A stretch of 64,000 bases of DNA from contig JANQLW010000082.1 in NCBI GenBank assembly GCA_028280405.1, positions 3,727 to 67,726 on the forward strand, in the 5' to 3' direction. Numbering within the stretch: the stretch's first letter is position 1; every line of letters begins with the position of its first letter. The DNA is from Bacteroidales bacterium (GTDB lineage Bacteria > Bacteroidota > Bacteroidia > Bacteroidales > GCA-2711565). The position numbers were made by a program, and so were the translations under genes. The notes under the pieces were generated by a model that searched no databases, was not told where the DNA came from, and saw only the letters and a list, made by a program, of their open reading frames with translations. This document shows, piece after piece, positions 38,874 to 49,139 of the stretch.

Positions 38874-41603
38874 TTATTTTTTCTCTGGAGTTTTATTAAA
38901 ATCGATAGTAAAATGTGCTCCTGAAAGATTAGGTATTCTATCTTTTGGAGCAGTTTCATAAATACGCCCCTTCATTGAATTTAAATAGGTTTTACAAATG
39001 TAAAGTCCAAGTCCACTTGGAGGGTCTTTAAGGCTATAACCGGGCTGAAATAAATAGGGTCTTATAATCTCGCTAATATCTGTTCCAGAGTCAGCAACGA
39101 TTAATGTCCTATATTTTTTATCTAATAACAAATGAATAAATTTTTCACTTCCATTTGCTCGATTTATCCAGTAAATACTATTGTCAAATAAATTTCCTAA
39201 AACTTGATTAATGGTAGCGTATCTCCCATAAAGGTTAAAATCTTCTTCGGGATTTAAAACTTTAAAATCTATATTTTCCTTTTTAAATTTCCTTTTAAAA
39301 ACTTCATAGACATAATTGATTGATCTCACAATATTAAATTGTATAGGCTGCTCATTTCGTATAGCTCTTAATGGGCTCATTCGCTTAATTTCGGAACGCA
39401 ATGAATCAGATGTAGCCTTTAAGTCCTCAAGCTTTATTTTGTTAAAATCACCACTTTTAATTAAATGGGATACTCCATTGTAAAAATTTGATGTGATTTT
39501 ATTTATTTCATGTAATGAAACAGCGACAGCTATTCCGAATCCAGCTTGTTCTACAAACATATCCTGAACTTCTTCTATCAATTTGACACTTTTCTGAAGT
39601 TCTTTCATGGATTCTCCTAAATTAACAAGCCCTGCTTTTCTTTCTTCGGCCTTTTCCCAAAGCTTTGAAAAAAATTTGTAAGGATCATTTTCTAAAGGAT
39701 AATCACTTTCAGTAATGTTTGAGATAAATGTAGAGGATGTCTTAGCTAAATTATTCAATGTTTTGGTATCAGAAATTAGCCCTTTTGTTAGTTTAGCTAA
39801 TTCATCTCTTTTACCCATAAATGGTATAAGCAATAATTGTTCAATTGCATTACGAGTTAGGATAGATAAATCTTTGTAAGCCTGGTTTTCGATTAGGCCT
39901 TCTCTATTTGTCTTATCTATTAATTCAAAATTTTCAAACTGATTAAGCTCAATATTCCCAATAAAATTGTAGTAGGATATTCTATAACCTTGTTTTATAT
40001 GCGCTTTTTTTAATTCTAACCAATCATTTTCGGAACTTAGTTTGGATTCAAAAACCATGATGTTATCTCTATAGATTGACATTCCTCCAAATTCATCCAG
40101 ATAATCTGTTAATGTTTTATAATCCGGCAAGTCTATCCATTCTTTTGTTCTATACCACACATCCATATGTATATAGAAAGAACCGCACTGGGGCTTTCGT
40201 AAATCTCCATCCTCATCCCAATAAGATTGATCTTTTTTAGGATTAATCCTCAAATCTTCATTCTCTCCTGACCACTCCTTTTCAGGAATTTTATTCGTAG
40301 GATGTTTGAACTTAATCTCGTAAGTATCAACTATCCCTTCTTCATTTATTAAAGCATCAAATATAAAATTGGAAGTTGCATCTTCATGGGGTTGTGTGTT
40401 AGGAACTTTATCTAATTGTGGGCATTCCAAAAATGCATTAAAAATATTGATGTTTTTTTTATCCTTAAACAAGGATTTTGGGTAAGGTGAATTAATACTA
40501 AGAATTGATTTATTCAATTCTAAGATTTTATCTTCTTCCCAATGAAAACCATCTCTCCCACCATAAATGATAAGTTGTGTCCCTGACTGTTTTTCTCCAT
40601 AATCACGACTTGGTTTCTGACGAGACAAGCTTACACCAATTGAATTAAGATCAATAAAATCATCCGATATACTATCAAATTTATTCCAATCGATTTTTAA
40701 AACTAATTCATAAGGCTTGTCTTTTGTTTTTGTTTTTAATTCTAAAAACCGACCAAGGCGATGTGTCGCAAATCTACCAACTCCTTTTTCTCCTAGAGGA
40801 ATTCTTCCATGCTCTTTTTTGAGTTTTTTATATAGTGCATCGTAACTTCCGACTTTACCACTCTCAATTGCTTTTTTTCTTTCTTTTTTAAGTTTTTCCT
40901 TGATATTTGTCTTAATTGTTGAAGCAGGACGTAACCAGCCGTATTGAATCACTTCTTTTGTCATCCCAATTCCATCATCTTCAATAATTATTACAGGGCC
41001 ATCATATTTGTTAAATTGATAATTTGAATCTTCAGTTTCTGCTAATTTGGGAATTTTTTCCAACCGAACCTTACAATATGTTGCTTGAGCATCGATTGAA
41101 TTTTTAATAAGCTCCAAAACTCCAACTTTCTCAGAAGCAATTAATTGCTCTCCCAGCACTTTTATTAAGTGTGCATCCGATTCTATGTTTAAAATTATTC
41201 CAGCATCTAAACAAATTTCTTCCAACAAATTTTCAGGTATCTTTCTTACGGCATTTTGTGCATTATAATGGGGGTTTCGTCTTTCTTCTATAATATCTCC
41301 ATTTGAATCTTTGTATGAAATAGGTTTTGAAAATTCTCTATATTCTTCAACTTCTGCGAAATAAAATCCTGTTTCCCTTTTATCTTGAAATGGCTTTTTT
41401 GTAATTCGTCCATACCCAAAGTACTCACCCTTACCATTCATCTTTGTAGGCTCATAATAAATGAATTCAATAGGTAAGTTATCGAATTGATTCAAATAGT
41501 TCTTTTCTTTTGTTCCAGGGAAATGATAGTACTTCCCAATAAAATCATTATAAGTACTTTTTTCTCTATGTTGACTTAGTACTAAAAAATTTTTTTTCGA
41601 CAT
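38874..41603 (-). CDS. PUA/EVE-like domain + MORC-type GHKL ATPase + histidine kinase fusion
   Basis: N-term YND..GKYYHFP..FIYYEP..YFGYGRI; GHKL ELIKNSIDA, DDGIGMT, GEKGVGRF; kinase LHEI, NLFDNSIYW, DSG, GLGLYI. Confidence 0.8.
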   Translation of the reverse strand: MSKKNFLVLSQHREKSTYNDFIGKYYHFPGTKEKNYLNQFDNLPIEFIYYEPTKMNGKGEYFGYGRITKKPFQDKRETGFYFAEVEEYREFSKPISYKDSNGDIIEERRNPHYNAQNAVRKIPENLLEEICLDAGIILNIESDAHLIKVLGEQLIASEKVGVLELIKNSIDAQATYCKVRLEKIPKLAETEDSNYQFNKYDGPVIIIEDDGIGMTKEVIQYGWLRPASTIKTNIKEKLKKERKKAIESGKVGSYDALYKKLKKEHGRIPLGEKGVGRFATHRLGRFLELKTKTKDKPYELVLKIDWNKFDSISDDFIDLNSIGVSLSRQKPSRDYGEKQSGTQLIIYGGRDGFHWEEDKILELNKSILSINSPYPKSLFKDKKNINIFNAFLECPQLDKVPNTQPHEDATSNFIFDALINEEGIVDTYEIKFKHPTNKIPEKEWSGENEDLRINPKKDQSYWDEDGDLRKPQCGSFYIHMDVWYRTKEWIDLPDYKTLTDYLDEFGGMSIYRDNIMVFESKLSSENDWLELKKAHIKQGYRISYYNFIGNIELNQFENFELIDKTNREGLIENQAYKDLSILTRNAIEQLLLIPFMGKRDELAKLTKGLISDTKTLNNLAKTSSTFISNITESDYPLENDPYKFFSKLWEKAEERKAGLVNLGESMKELQKSVKLIEEVQDMFVEQAGFGIAVAVSLHEINKITSNFYNGVSHLIKSGDFNKIKLEDLKATSDSLRSEIKRMSPLRAIRNEQPIQFNIVRSINYVYEVFKRKFKKENIDFKVLNPEEDFNLYGRYATINQVLGNLFDNSIYWINRANGSEKFIHLLLDKKYRTLIVADSGTDISEIIRPYLFQPGYSLKDPPSGLGLYICKTYLNSMKGRIYETAPKDRIPNLSGAHFTIDFNKTPEKK

Positions 41604-41808
41604 AACTATAATGATTTGAGCTGACTAATAATTTATTTGTTCAATAAAAAGCAATAGTTTTAGTGAAAGGATTTAGTTTGAGTAATGATTAGGCAACAGT
41701 ATATGCTGAACGTTTTGCAATGTATTTTCGTGTGAAAATTCCTCTCGCATAGTAAAACTACAAAATTGATAAATATATACGAAATAATTTGTTTAAAATT
41801 CATTGTAT

Positions 41809-43023
41809 TTATGTCTTAATCACAGAGTCCAACGCATCATCTGCATCCTTAAAAATAAAATTTGACTGATAGTTAATAGTAGTAGTAATAGAACTATGCC
41901 TATATAGCTTTTGGAGCATTTGAATAGGAATAAGATCGCCGGAAATATTTCCGAAAGTATGTCGTGCGATATGCATTGTTAATTTCTTGTCGATTTCTGC
42001 TTGCTCGCCAACACGTTTTAAATACTTATTCAATTGTTTAGTAGCAGTATTCATTTTCCTTGTAAGGTCTTCGATGGATAATTTATCAGCAGTTTTTAGA
42101 TCAGGGAAAATGTAATCGGTTTTAGATCGCTTATCGTGTTTGTATTGTTTGATGATATTGTAAGCTTTCTCAGGGATTTTCAATGAACCTGTCTTCTGGT
42201 TTTTATCCATAGTGTAATACAAACGGTCATTCTTAAAATCTGACCATTTCAATTGCAATACATCTGAAACTCGCATACCGGCAAAATAGAATGAAATTAG
42301 CCAAACATTTCTTGCGTGCCATAACCAACCGCTTTTGCCCAGATCAATATCTTCAAGTATTTTTACTTCCTCTTTTGTAAGACCAATTTTAATGCTTTGT
42401 GGATGTTTAATAATAATCTTCCCATGACCAAATGGATAATACTTCCGGTCTACGATTCCTTCTCTGATTGCCAGATTAAAAAGTGTACGAATCATGATCA
42501 GATTATTGATAACGCTTCGTTCCTTGTTCTTCTTTTCTGTTTTCAGGTAGGTCGTATATTTCTTTAAAAGTAGCTCTGTGATTTCAGGAAAAGAAATATC
42601 CCCATTTGGAAGAAAGTTCTTAAAATGATTCACCCTTGATTTATCTGCCTGATAGGATTTTATTTTCCCGGATTTAGCTTTGTTCTCCAAAAAGATATCT
42701 GCAAGCTGTGCGAAGGTCATTACACTGTCTTTTTTCTTGATCTGCTTTTGGATCACTTTGGCTGTAATGGCATTCTCATCGGCTTCCAATTCGAGGTATT
42801 TATTACTGGCTTCATAGAGTTTCTTTTGGATGATATTATTTAGCCTTTTGGAATTAGGATGTGACTTCTTTACAGTCTTACTTTTTGCATCCCATTGGGT
42901 CTCCAAAATATACTGACCCGTCGAAATGTACGATGATCTGCGGTTTTTAGTAATACGGATTGCAATAGCACGCATATTTTTGCTATTTTTCTTGTTCATT
43001 AAAAATGCGGAAATCGAAGCCAT
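41809..43023 (-). CDS. Tyrosine integrase
   Basis: Arm-binding N-terminus, GMRVSD, HIARHTF, RHSS...Y catalytic set; beside attR. Confidence 0.95.
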   Translation of the reverse strand: MASISAFLMNKKNSKNMRAIAIRITKNRRSSYISTGQYILETQWDAKSKTVKKSHPNSKRLNNIIQKKLYEASNKYLELEADENAITAKVIQKQIKKKDSVMTFAQLADIFLENKAKSGKIKSYQADKSRVNHFKNFLPNGDISFPEITELLLKKYTTYLKTEKKNKERSVINNLIMIRTLFNLAIREGIVDRKYYPFGHGKIIIKHPQSIKIGLTKEEVKILEDIDLGKSGWLWHARNVWLISFYFAGMRVSDVLQLKWSDFKNDRLYYTMDKNQKTGSLKIPEKAYNIIKQYKHDKRSKTDYIFPDLKTADKLSIEDLTRKMNTATKQLNKYLKRVGEQAEIDKKLTMHIARHTFGNISGDLIPIQMLQKLYRHSSITTTINYQSNFIFKDADDALDSVIKT

Positions 43024-43056
43024 ACAAGGTTTTTTGAGATAAAGATACTAAAAAAC

Positions 43057-43080
43057 GGGTAAAACATAGGTAAAACATTT
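43057..43080 (+). repeat. Candidate integrase arm-type sites
   Basis: Identical to 2841-2864. Confidence 0.65.
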
Positions 43081-43182
43081 GGCTATTTTTTGAGGTTTTT
43101 TATAGGTTTTTATGAATAGTCAAAGTTGATAAGTGGTTGATAATGAAATGTATAAATATTTAGCGTGCCGGTAATGCCAAAT

Positions 43183-43226
43183 CTCATAACCCAAAGGTCG
43201 TTGGTTCGAATCCGGCCCCCGCTACT
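43183..43226 (+). repeat. attR (displaced tRNA 3' half)
   Basis: ctcataacccaaaggtcgttggttcgaatccggcccccgctact; no tRNA 5' half upstream. Confidence 0.9.
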
Positions 43227-43414
43227 TAGATAAACAACAAAAGCCGATTTTTATAAGTCGGCTTTTTTATTTGGGTAAAAACATTTTTACTTTTTCTTCA
43301 ATTATTCTGAATAGTGATAAGCCTCTATTTAAATATTTTTGTATATTTACACAAGACAGCTCTATATATGTCTATGTGTTTGTTTCTTTGTGTGTCGCTT
43401 AATGAATTATTTGT

Positions 43415-43786
43415 ATGCAAAAACTAATTTGGTCTAATAAATTTTCACTGGGAAATAATGAAATAGACAGTGAACATAAAAGCTTAATAAACATCTATAA
43501 CGAATTAGTTGACCTCTCCGGACATAATGATGACCATGAAATGTTTTCGGATATTCTTTCTAAACTGACCGATTATTCTTTGGTACATTTTAGCGGAGAG
43601 GAAAAATATATGGAAGAACTATCGTACCCAAATTTGAAAGAACACAAAGAATGTCATAAGCAGTTTACTTATAAAATGGCTATGTATAATGCGAAATTTA
43701 CAGCCGGTAATCCCCCGGATCCAAAGGAAATCATTAGATTTATAGATCAGTGGCTGGTTAATCATATATTGGAAATGGATATGTAA
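43415..43786 (+). CDS. Bacteriohemerythrin (probably slightly truncated)
   Basis: IDSEHK, HFSGEE, HKECH, WLVNHILEMD iron-ligand pattern. Confidence 0.9.
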   Translation: MQKLIWSNKFSLGNNEIDSEHKSLINIYNELVDLSGHNDDHEMFSDILSKLTDYSLVHFSGEEKYMEELSYPNLKEHKECHKQFTYKMAMYNAKFTAGNPPDPKEIIRFIDQWLVNHILEMDM

Positions 43787-44074
43787 TATGAAATTTATAA
43801 GCGTAATGTTAAGCCTGAATTAGAATATAAAAATTCTAAGATGCTTAGAAATTTTTAAGAGCTTTCCTTGTTTAAGATATTGGTTTGGAGTGTTTTTTTA
43901 ATTAAATATTACTTATTTTTAGCCTGATCTTATTTTACGAGTTAGGATTTTTATTGACTCTCCAGTTATAGTGATCTTAAAAAATTACAAATATTTATAA
44001 TGCAAGTGATGGTTATTTCTTTGTATTTTTATTCTGCTATTATCCTCCTGTTCCAAAACCTTATTCAATCATGA

Positions 44075-44242
44075 CAAAAGAAACCCGAAACTTTTTTGGA
44101 TAATAAAAAAGTGGCTCATGAAGGCGGACAAGTCGCAGGGGTAGCCCGAAAAGAAATTGAAGCAAAGACAGGAAAGAAGGTTATTACATCAAAAAATTTC
44201 CTGGAACAAAAAGAAAAGAAGAAACTTAGGGGTAAGAAATAA
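44075..44242 (+). pseudogene. C-terminal fragment of a Bro/antirepressor-like protein
   Basis: NKKVAHEGGQVAGVARKEIEAKTGKKVITSKNFL with no in-frame ATG. Confidence 0.55.
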
Positions 44243-44307
44243 TAATTTATGGTTAGTACAATTGAGCCAAAAAAAAATTTTTATAGCCCAAAACAAATAA
44301 AATTTGA

Positions 44308-44485
44308 ATGACAATAATGTCTTCTAATAACCCGAATTGTAATATGGATAATTTTTCAGAATACTGGATTATACTCAGAACATGAGATTATAATTGATAA
44401 ACGTTTGGAAGAGGCTGATAAAAATCCAGATGACTATATAACACTTGATGATCTTAAATATTCGATTGAAAGGAATAAAATATAA
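44308..44485 (+). pseudogene. Degraded homolog of 3031..3270
   Basis: MTIMS start, frameshift, then HEIIIDKRLEEADKNPDDYITLDDLKYSIER. Confidence 0.75.
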
Positions 44486-45036
44486 AAGAGGCTATCTTTT
44501 ATGTTGAAAAACAAGTCTCTTTTAATATTATACATAATATTCAATCAACATTGAACATTTATATAGAATTTTTCTAAATTATTTTTAATAGGTAACCATT
44601 CCTCTATAAATAGTATTAATATACATAACAGATTATGTGTAGCTATAATTTACTCCCCTAAGGCTACAATTATTTAATAATATTATGAAATTGAGTTTAC
44701 ATAAACCCCAAGAAATTATTTACAATCTTCAATGTGCCAAAAGTAAATGTTAATATCTAGATTTAAGTTAAGAAGAATTATATTGAGATAGTTAGCATTC
44801 AATTTACAACGATAGGATAGATATTATAATTTAAGCTAAAGGAGAAACCCATTCGGGAGGAATAAAAAACCTCCTTAATTGAAAAAAATCTAATATATAA
44901 ATGACCTATATCAAACTTAAAACAAGAAAGGAGGTAAACAAATGTAAGAAAATCAGCAACACCCTGAAATAAGTGATTATATTTTATAATTACGATTTAA
45001 AAATTAATTAAATAAGAATCTTAAAAATTTACAAAC

Positions 45037-45204
45037 ATGAAATCAATAAAAAAAATAAATATTGCAGAATTAATGGCCGTTAAAGGTGGAATAACCGAAC
45101 TAGAAACTCCAAGTTGTGAAACTGCACAGTGTGTAACAGGGGCAGTAAAGTGTGAAAGAAAGGCCTGCAAAAGAAAAGCTACTAAGTCCAGTGAAATTGG
45201 ATAA
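45037..45204 (+). CDS. Double-glycine-leader RiPP precursor, 55 aa (not in ORF track)
   Basis: MKSIKKINIAELMAVKGG-ITELETPSCETAQCVTGAVKCERKACKRKATKSSEIG; hairpin 45230-45252 follows. Confidence 0.85.
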   Translation: MKSIKKINIAELMAVKGGITELETPSCETAQCVTGAVKCERKACKRKATKSSEIG

Positions 45205-45270
45205 ATCTCATCAAGCACATAAAAAATAAAGGCTGTATATTATACACAGCCTATTTTAACATATTAACAT

Positions 45271-46749
45271 ATGAACTTAAACAAAATATATTCCCTAAAT
45301 AGTGACTATAAACTGAAGCATGATAAACATAGATGTTTTATATCATCAGGAGGGAATAATAAAAATGAAGGATCTGAAGAATGGAATTCCATTATACATC
45401 CTGAACAAGCTAAGATATTCTCATTCTTCACTCATGGTTTATCTTTAAGGGAATCCATTGAAAATTTATCAAAATATATTGAGGCTAGTTTCGATGAAAC
45501 TTTAGATATAATTAAACCATATATCTATAATCAGGAAGAATTTCACACCTCTTTTGATGATAATAAATTCAACATCCCTCGCAATTTAATAATTCAGGAT
45601 CCTACTACATACAAAAAACTCGATGTAGGTAATTTTGAATATGAGATATTGGATTTTTATACTGAACGAATGTACACTAGTCCTAGAATGATTACTTTAA
45701 TGATTTCCAATAAATGTGTTACTGATTGCATTTATTGTTACGCAGATACTAAACACCAACCTCAGTCAACCTTAGACTTCGTTATTATCGCAGAAATAAT
45801 TAAAGATGCATATGATAATGACATTGATGATATTGGATTAATCGGAGGAGAAGTGTTCAATCATCCAAACTGGAAGGAAATTCTTAAAGAAATGAGAAAA
45901 TATAATTTTCAACCTGATATTATTTCTACAAAAAAACCTTTAAAAGAACAGGATATAAAATTTCTTCTAGATATTGGAATTCAAAGAATACAATTATCAT
46001 TAGATAGCTTTAATGAAAACATACTCGCCGGGCTACTATCTACTAATATATCCTATAAAAACAAAATTATAGAATCACTTGAATTATTTCACAAGCACGA
46101 TTTTGATATACAGATAGCAATTACACTCACAAAATACAATTCGGATATAAAAGATCTGATTAATTTATTGGATTTTCTTAAAAACTATAATTCTATAGAA
46201 TCTGTTGATATTGGGCCTGCATTCTATTCTCTATATAAAGATATAAACTTTTCATCTTGGGGAATATCAAAAAAGAAATTTCAGGAAATATCTGATTTTT
46301 GTTTAAAGCAAAAAGATTATTATCCTTTTACCATCAATTTGGATGACTCTTATACTGAAAGGGGCTTTTATTCATGTACAGAAGGCAGTAAACATTTCCC
46401 GGGAGCAAAATGCTCAGCTAACCAAAGCCATATGTTCATTCTACCTGATGGGAAAGTAACTATTTGTGAACAATTATATTGGAACAAAAAATTTATTGTA
46501 GGTGATATTACTAAAAACAGTATCTCTGAAATATGGAATTCACCTGAATCTCTTTATTTTCAAAAATTATCTTTAGATGATTTTTCTGAAAATAGTGCGT
46601 GTAAGTCTTGTGACATTTTTGATGATTGTCACAAAAACGTAAACAAATGTTGGGCTGATATTATAAAAGCATATGGGGTAGAAAATTGGGACTATCCGGA
46701 TCCTAGATGTGCTTTTGCTCCAGAAATGCACAACAATTTATCTTTCTAA
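45271..46749 (+). CDS. Radical SAM/SPASM peptide maturase
   Basis: CVTDCIYC, GGEVF, SPASM CSAN..LPDG..CEQ..CKSC..C..CW..DPRC. Confidence 0.92.
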   Translation: MNLNKIYSLNSDYKLKHDKHRCFISSGGNNKNEGSEEWNSIIHPEQAKIFSFFTHGLSLRESIENLSKYIEASFDETLDIIKPYIYNQEEFHTSFDDNKFNIPRNLIIQDPTTYKKLDVGNFEYEILDFYTERMYTSPRMITLMISNKCVTDCIYCYADTKHQPQSTLDFVIIAEIIKDAYDNDIDDIGLIGGEVFNHPNWKEILKEMRKYNFQPDIISTKKPLKEQDIKFLLDIGIQRIQLSLDSFNENILAGLLSTNISYKNKIIESLELFHKHDFDIQIAITLTKYNSDIKDLINLLDFLKNYNSIESVDIGPAFYSLYKDINFSSWGISKKKFQEISDFCLKQKDYYPFTINLDDSYTERGFYSCTEGSKHFPGAKCSANQSHMFILPDGKVTICEQLYWNKKFIVGDITKNSISEIWNSPESLYFQKLSLDDFSENSACKSCDIFDDCHKNVNKCWADIIKAYGVENWDYPDPRCAFAPEMHNNLSF

Positions 46750-46807
46750 AGTTTTAAATTTATTAAACAACTTAGTCTTATATTTTTTGCATACTAAAGT
46801 TTATTAT

Positions 46808-49138
46808 ATGAAATACACCTTATCTATTTTATTGATTTTTCTTACAAGTATTCTTTATTCTCAAACTACAATACGTGGGAACGTATTAAATGAAAAAAAA
46901 TCCCCATTAGAATACTTTGACATTCTATTACTTAGTACACAAGATAGTAGTTTGGTTAAAGGTGGTTCTTTTATTGATGGGGAATTTAAGATCGGCCAGA
47001 TAAAAAGAAATGAATATATATTGCAAATATCAAGCTTGGGTTATATTTCAAAATATATAAATATCAACACAAATAAACATGACAGCATCAACTTCGGTAC
47101 AGTAAATTTGAATACAAAAGTTTTAGAAGAGGTTCAAATTATTGGAAAAAGACCAGTTATTTCAAGGAAAAATGGAAACCTATTAGTAAATGTTAGGAAT
47201 TCTTCTCTAAGTGATGCAGGTAGTTCTATTGATGTATTAAGAAAAAGTCCGGGTGTGATGATTGATAAAGATAATGATATTATAGTACTAGGGAAAGGCA
47301 CACCTGTTATTTTAATTAATAACAAAGAGGTTAACTCCAAAAAAGAACTCAACATCTTACAATCCTATGATATAGAAAATATAGAAATTAACAGAAATCC
47401 TTCAGCAGAGATCAGTGCTTCAGGCCATGCATTGATAAAAATAACAACCAAAAAGATAACACAAGATAAATTAAACCTACTCCTTTTCAATACTATGGTT
47501 CTAAACAGAAGAACCAGTAATACTGTAGGTTTTCAGCTTAATAGCAAATTAAACAGATTAAAAAACTTTTTTAGCTATTCATATAATTTGAAAAATAGCA
47601 ATCGAATAAATTCTGGATATGAAAAGAAAGTAATTGGTTTGGAATCTATACTAAATGAAAATAATGGTATTAAGGATATTAATGTACATTCGCATAATCT
47701 TTTTTATGGTGCAAAGTATAGTATTAATCCTAAAAACATAATCGGTCTTCAATTATTAAGTGCTTTTTCTAATGGAAAGGATTCTAGCTTTATTAATGAA
47801 GAGATAAAATACAACAATTTAATTAATAAAAGGCAAAACATTAAAACAGATCATACAAACGATAAGTTTTACGATATTAATTTAAATTACTCTTCAGAAC
47901 TTGATTCAATCTCTAGATTATTTTTCACAGCTGATTATGTTAGAAAAGTAATATTATCAAATTCATATGTTAATGAAAAGGATATAAATGCTCCAAATTT
48001 TACAAGCTGGGAACTTCTTAATAAAGTCACATATGATGTTTTTACAGGAAAAATTGATTACGAAAGAAAGTTATTCAAACACTGGAATACTAAAACAGGA
48101 TTAAAATATACGACAATAAATACAGATAGTAATAATGATATACTTGTTCAAAATTCAAAAGTATCTTCCAAAACAAGTATTTCAGACCTTACAAAAGCTG
48201 CCTATTTATCTGCTCAGCGAAATTTTCGGAAAGCAAATCTACATTTAGGTATTAGATATGAGTATGCAGAATTAAAAACAGATTTTGATAAATCTCCTAA
48301 TATTTCAACTAACTTTACATACTCAAATTTATTTCCAAGTATTCTACTAAACTATAGTTTTAATGATAAACATAATTTATCATTAAGTTATTCCAAAAGA
48401 ATAAAACGACCCGGTTTTCAAATGATAAATCCTGAAATTCGATATATTGACTCTCTTTCTTATTCCAAAGGGAACCCAAACCTAAAACCTACTTTAAGTC
48501 ATAATTTCGAAATGGGGGTTGAGTTATTAAAAAACTTCTCAATTGCATGTGATTACAGTATAAAAAATGATCAGATCGTTCAAGTTGCTACAAATGATGA
48601 TGATAATCCTCGTATAACAAAGTTTACTTATTTAAACATAAAAAACGTAAAATCTTTGTCACTTAATCTGAGTTATAATTATTCGAATAAAATTTTTTCT
48701 AACTATTCTTATTTAAGCATTAATAAACCACATATAGAAATTCCATTTTTAAATAAAAACAAAGTCATTAAAAATCTGACTTGGTACTTTCAATTTAATA
48801 ATGAGTTGATCTTTACAAGATATATAAGCATGTTTATTCATTTTGAATATGAAAGTAGTGGTTATTACGATATATCTCATTGGGAAAAAAGCTACAACTT
48901 ATCAGCCGGTCTTCAAGCTAAATTATTACAAAAAAAATTACTATTATCCATAACTGTAAACGACATTCTCAAAACAACTTCTTACTCCTGGAAGGATCAA
49001 TATCTCAATATAGAATCAGTAGGGAGATCAGATAGAGATTTCAGATGGATTAAGTTCAGTCTTAGATTTAATTTTAACAGATATTACCAAAAATTCAATA
49101 AAGAATCAAGTAATAGATCTGAATTAGAAAGATTGTAA
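46808..49138 (+). CDS. Outer-membrane beta-barrel (TonB-dependent-receptor-like) protein
   Basis: Signal peptide, carboxypeptidase-regulatory-like N domain, plug LRKSPGV, GNPNLKP, ends ELERL; start moved to ATG 46808. Confidence 0.85.
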   Translation: MKYTLSILLIFLTSILYSQTTIRGNVLNEKKSPLEYFDILLLSTQDSSLVKGGSFIDGEFKIGQIKRNEYILQISSLGYISKYININTNKHDSINFGTVNLNTKVLEEVQIIGKRPVISRKNGNLLVNVRNSSLSDAGSSIDVLRKSPGVMIDKDNDIIVLGKGTPVILINNKEVNSKKELNILQSYDIENIEINRNPSAEISASGHALIKITTKKITQDKLNLLLFNTMVLNRRTSNTVGFQLNSKLNRLKNFFSYSYNLKNSNRINSGYEKKVIGLESILNENNGIKDINVHSHNLFYGAKYSINPKNIIGLQLLSAFSNGKDSSFINEEIKYNNLINKRQNIKTDHTNDKFYDINLNYSSELDSISRLFFTADYVRKVILSNSYVNEKDINAPNFTSWELLNKVTYDVFTGKIDYERKLFKHWNTKTGLKYTTINTDSNNDILVQNSKVSSKTSISDLTKAAYLSAQRNFRKANLHLGIRYEYAELKTDFDKSPNISTNFTYSNLFPSILLNYSFNDKHNLSLSYSKRIKRPGFQMINPEIRYIDSLSYSKGNPNLKPTLSHNFEMGVELLKNFSIACDYSIKNDQIVQVATNDDDNPRITKFTYLNIKNVKSLSLNLSYNYSNKIFSNYSYLSINKPHIEIPFLNKNKVIKNLTWYFQFNNELIFTRYISMFIHFEYESSGYYDISHWEKSYNLSAGLQAKLLQKKLLLSITVNDILKTTSYSWKDQYLNIESVGRSDRDFRWIKFSLRFNFNRYYQKFNKESSNRSELERL

Positions 49139-49139
49139 T

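Noticed and set aside
43183-43226. Second tRNA-Met gene
   Set aside because: Only the 3' half is present; it is attR
45021-45218. 65-aa minus-strand ORF
   Set aside because: Antisense shadow of the plus-strand RiPP precursor
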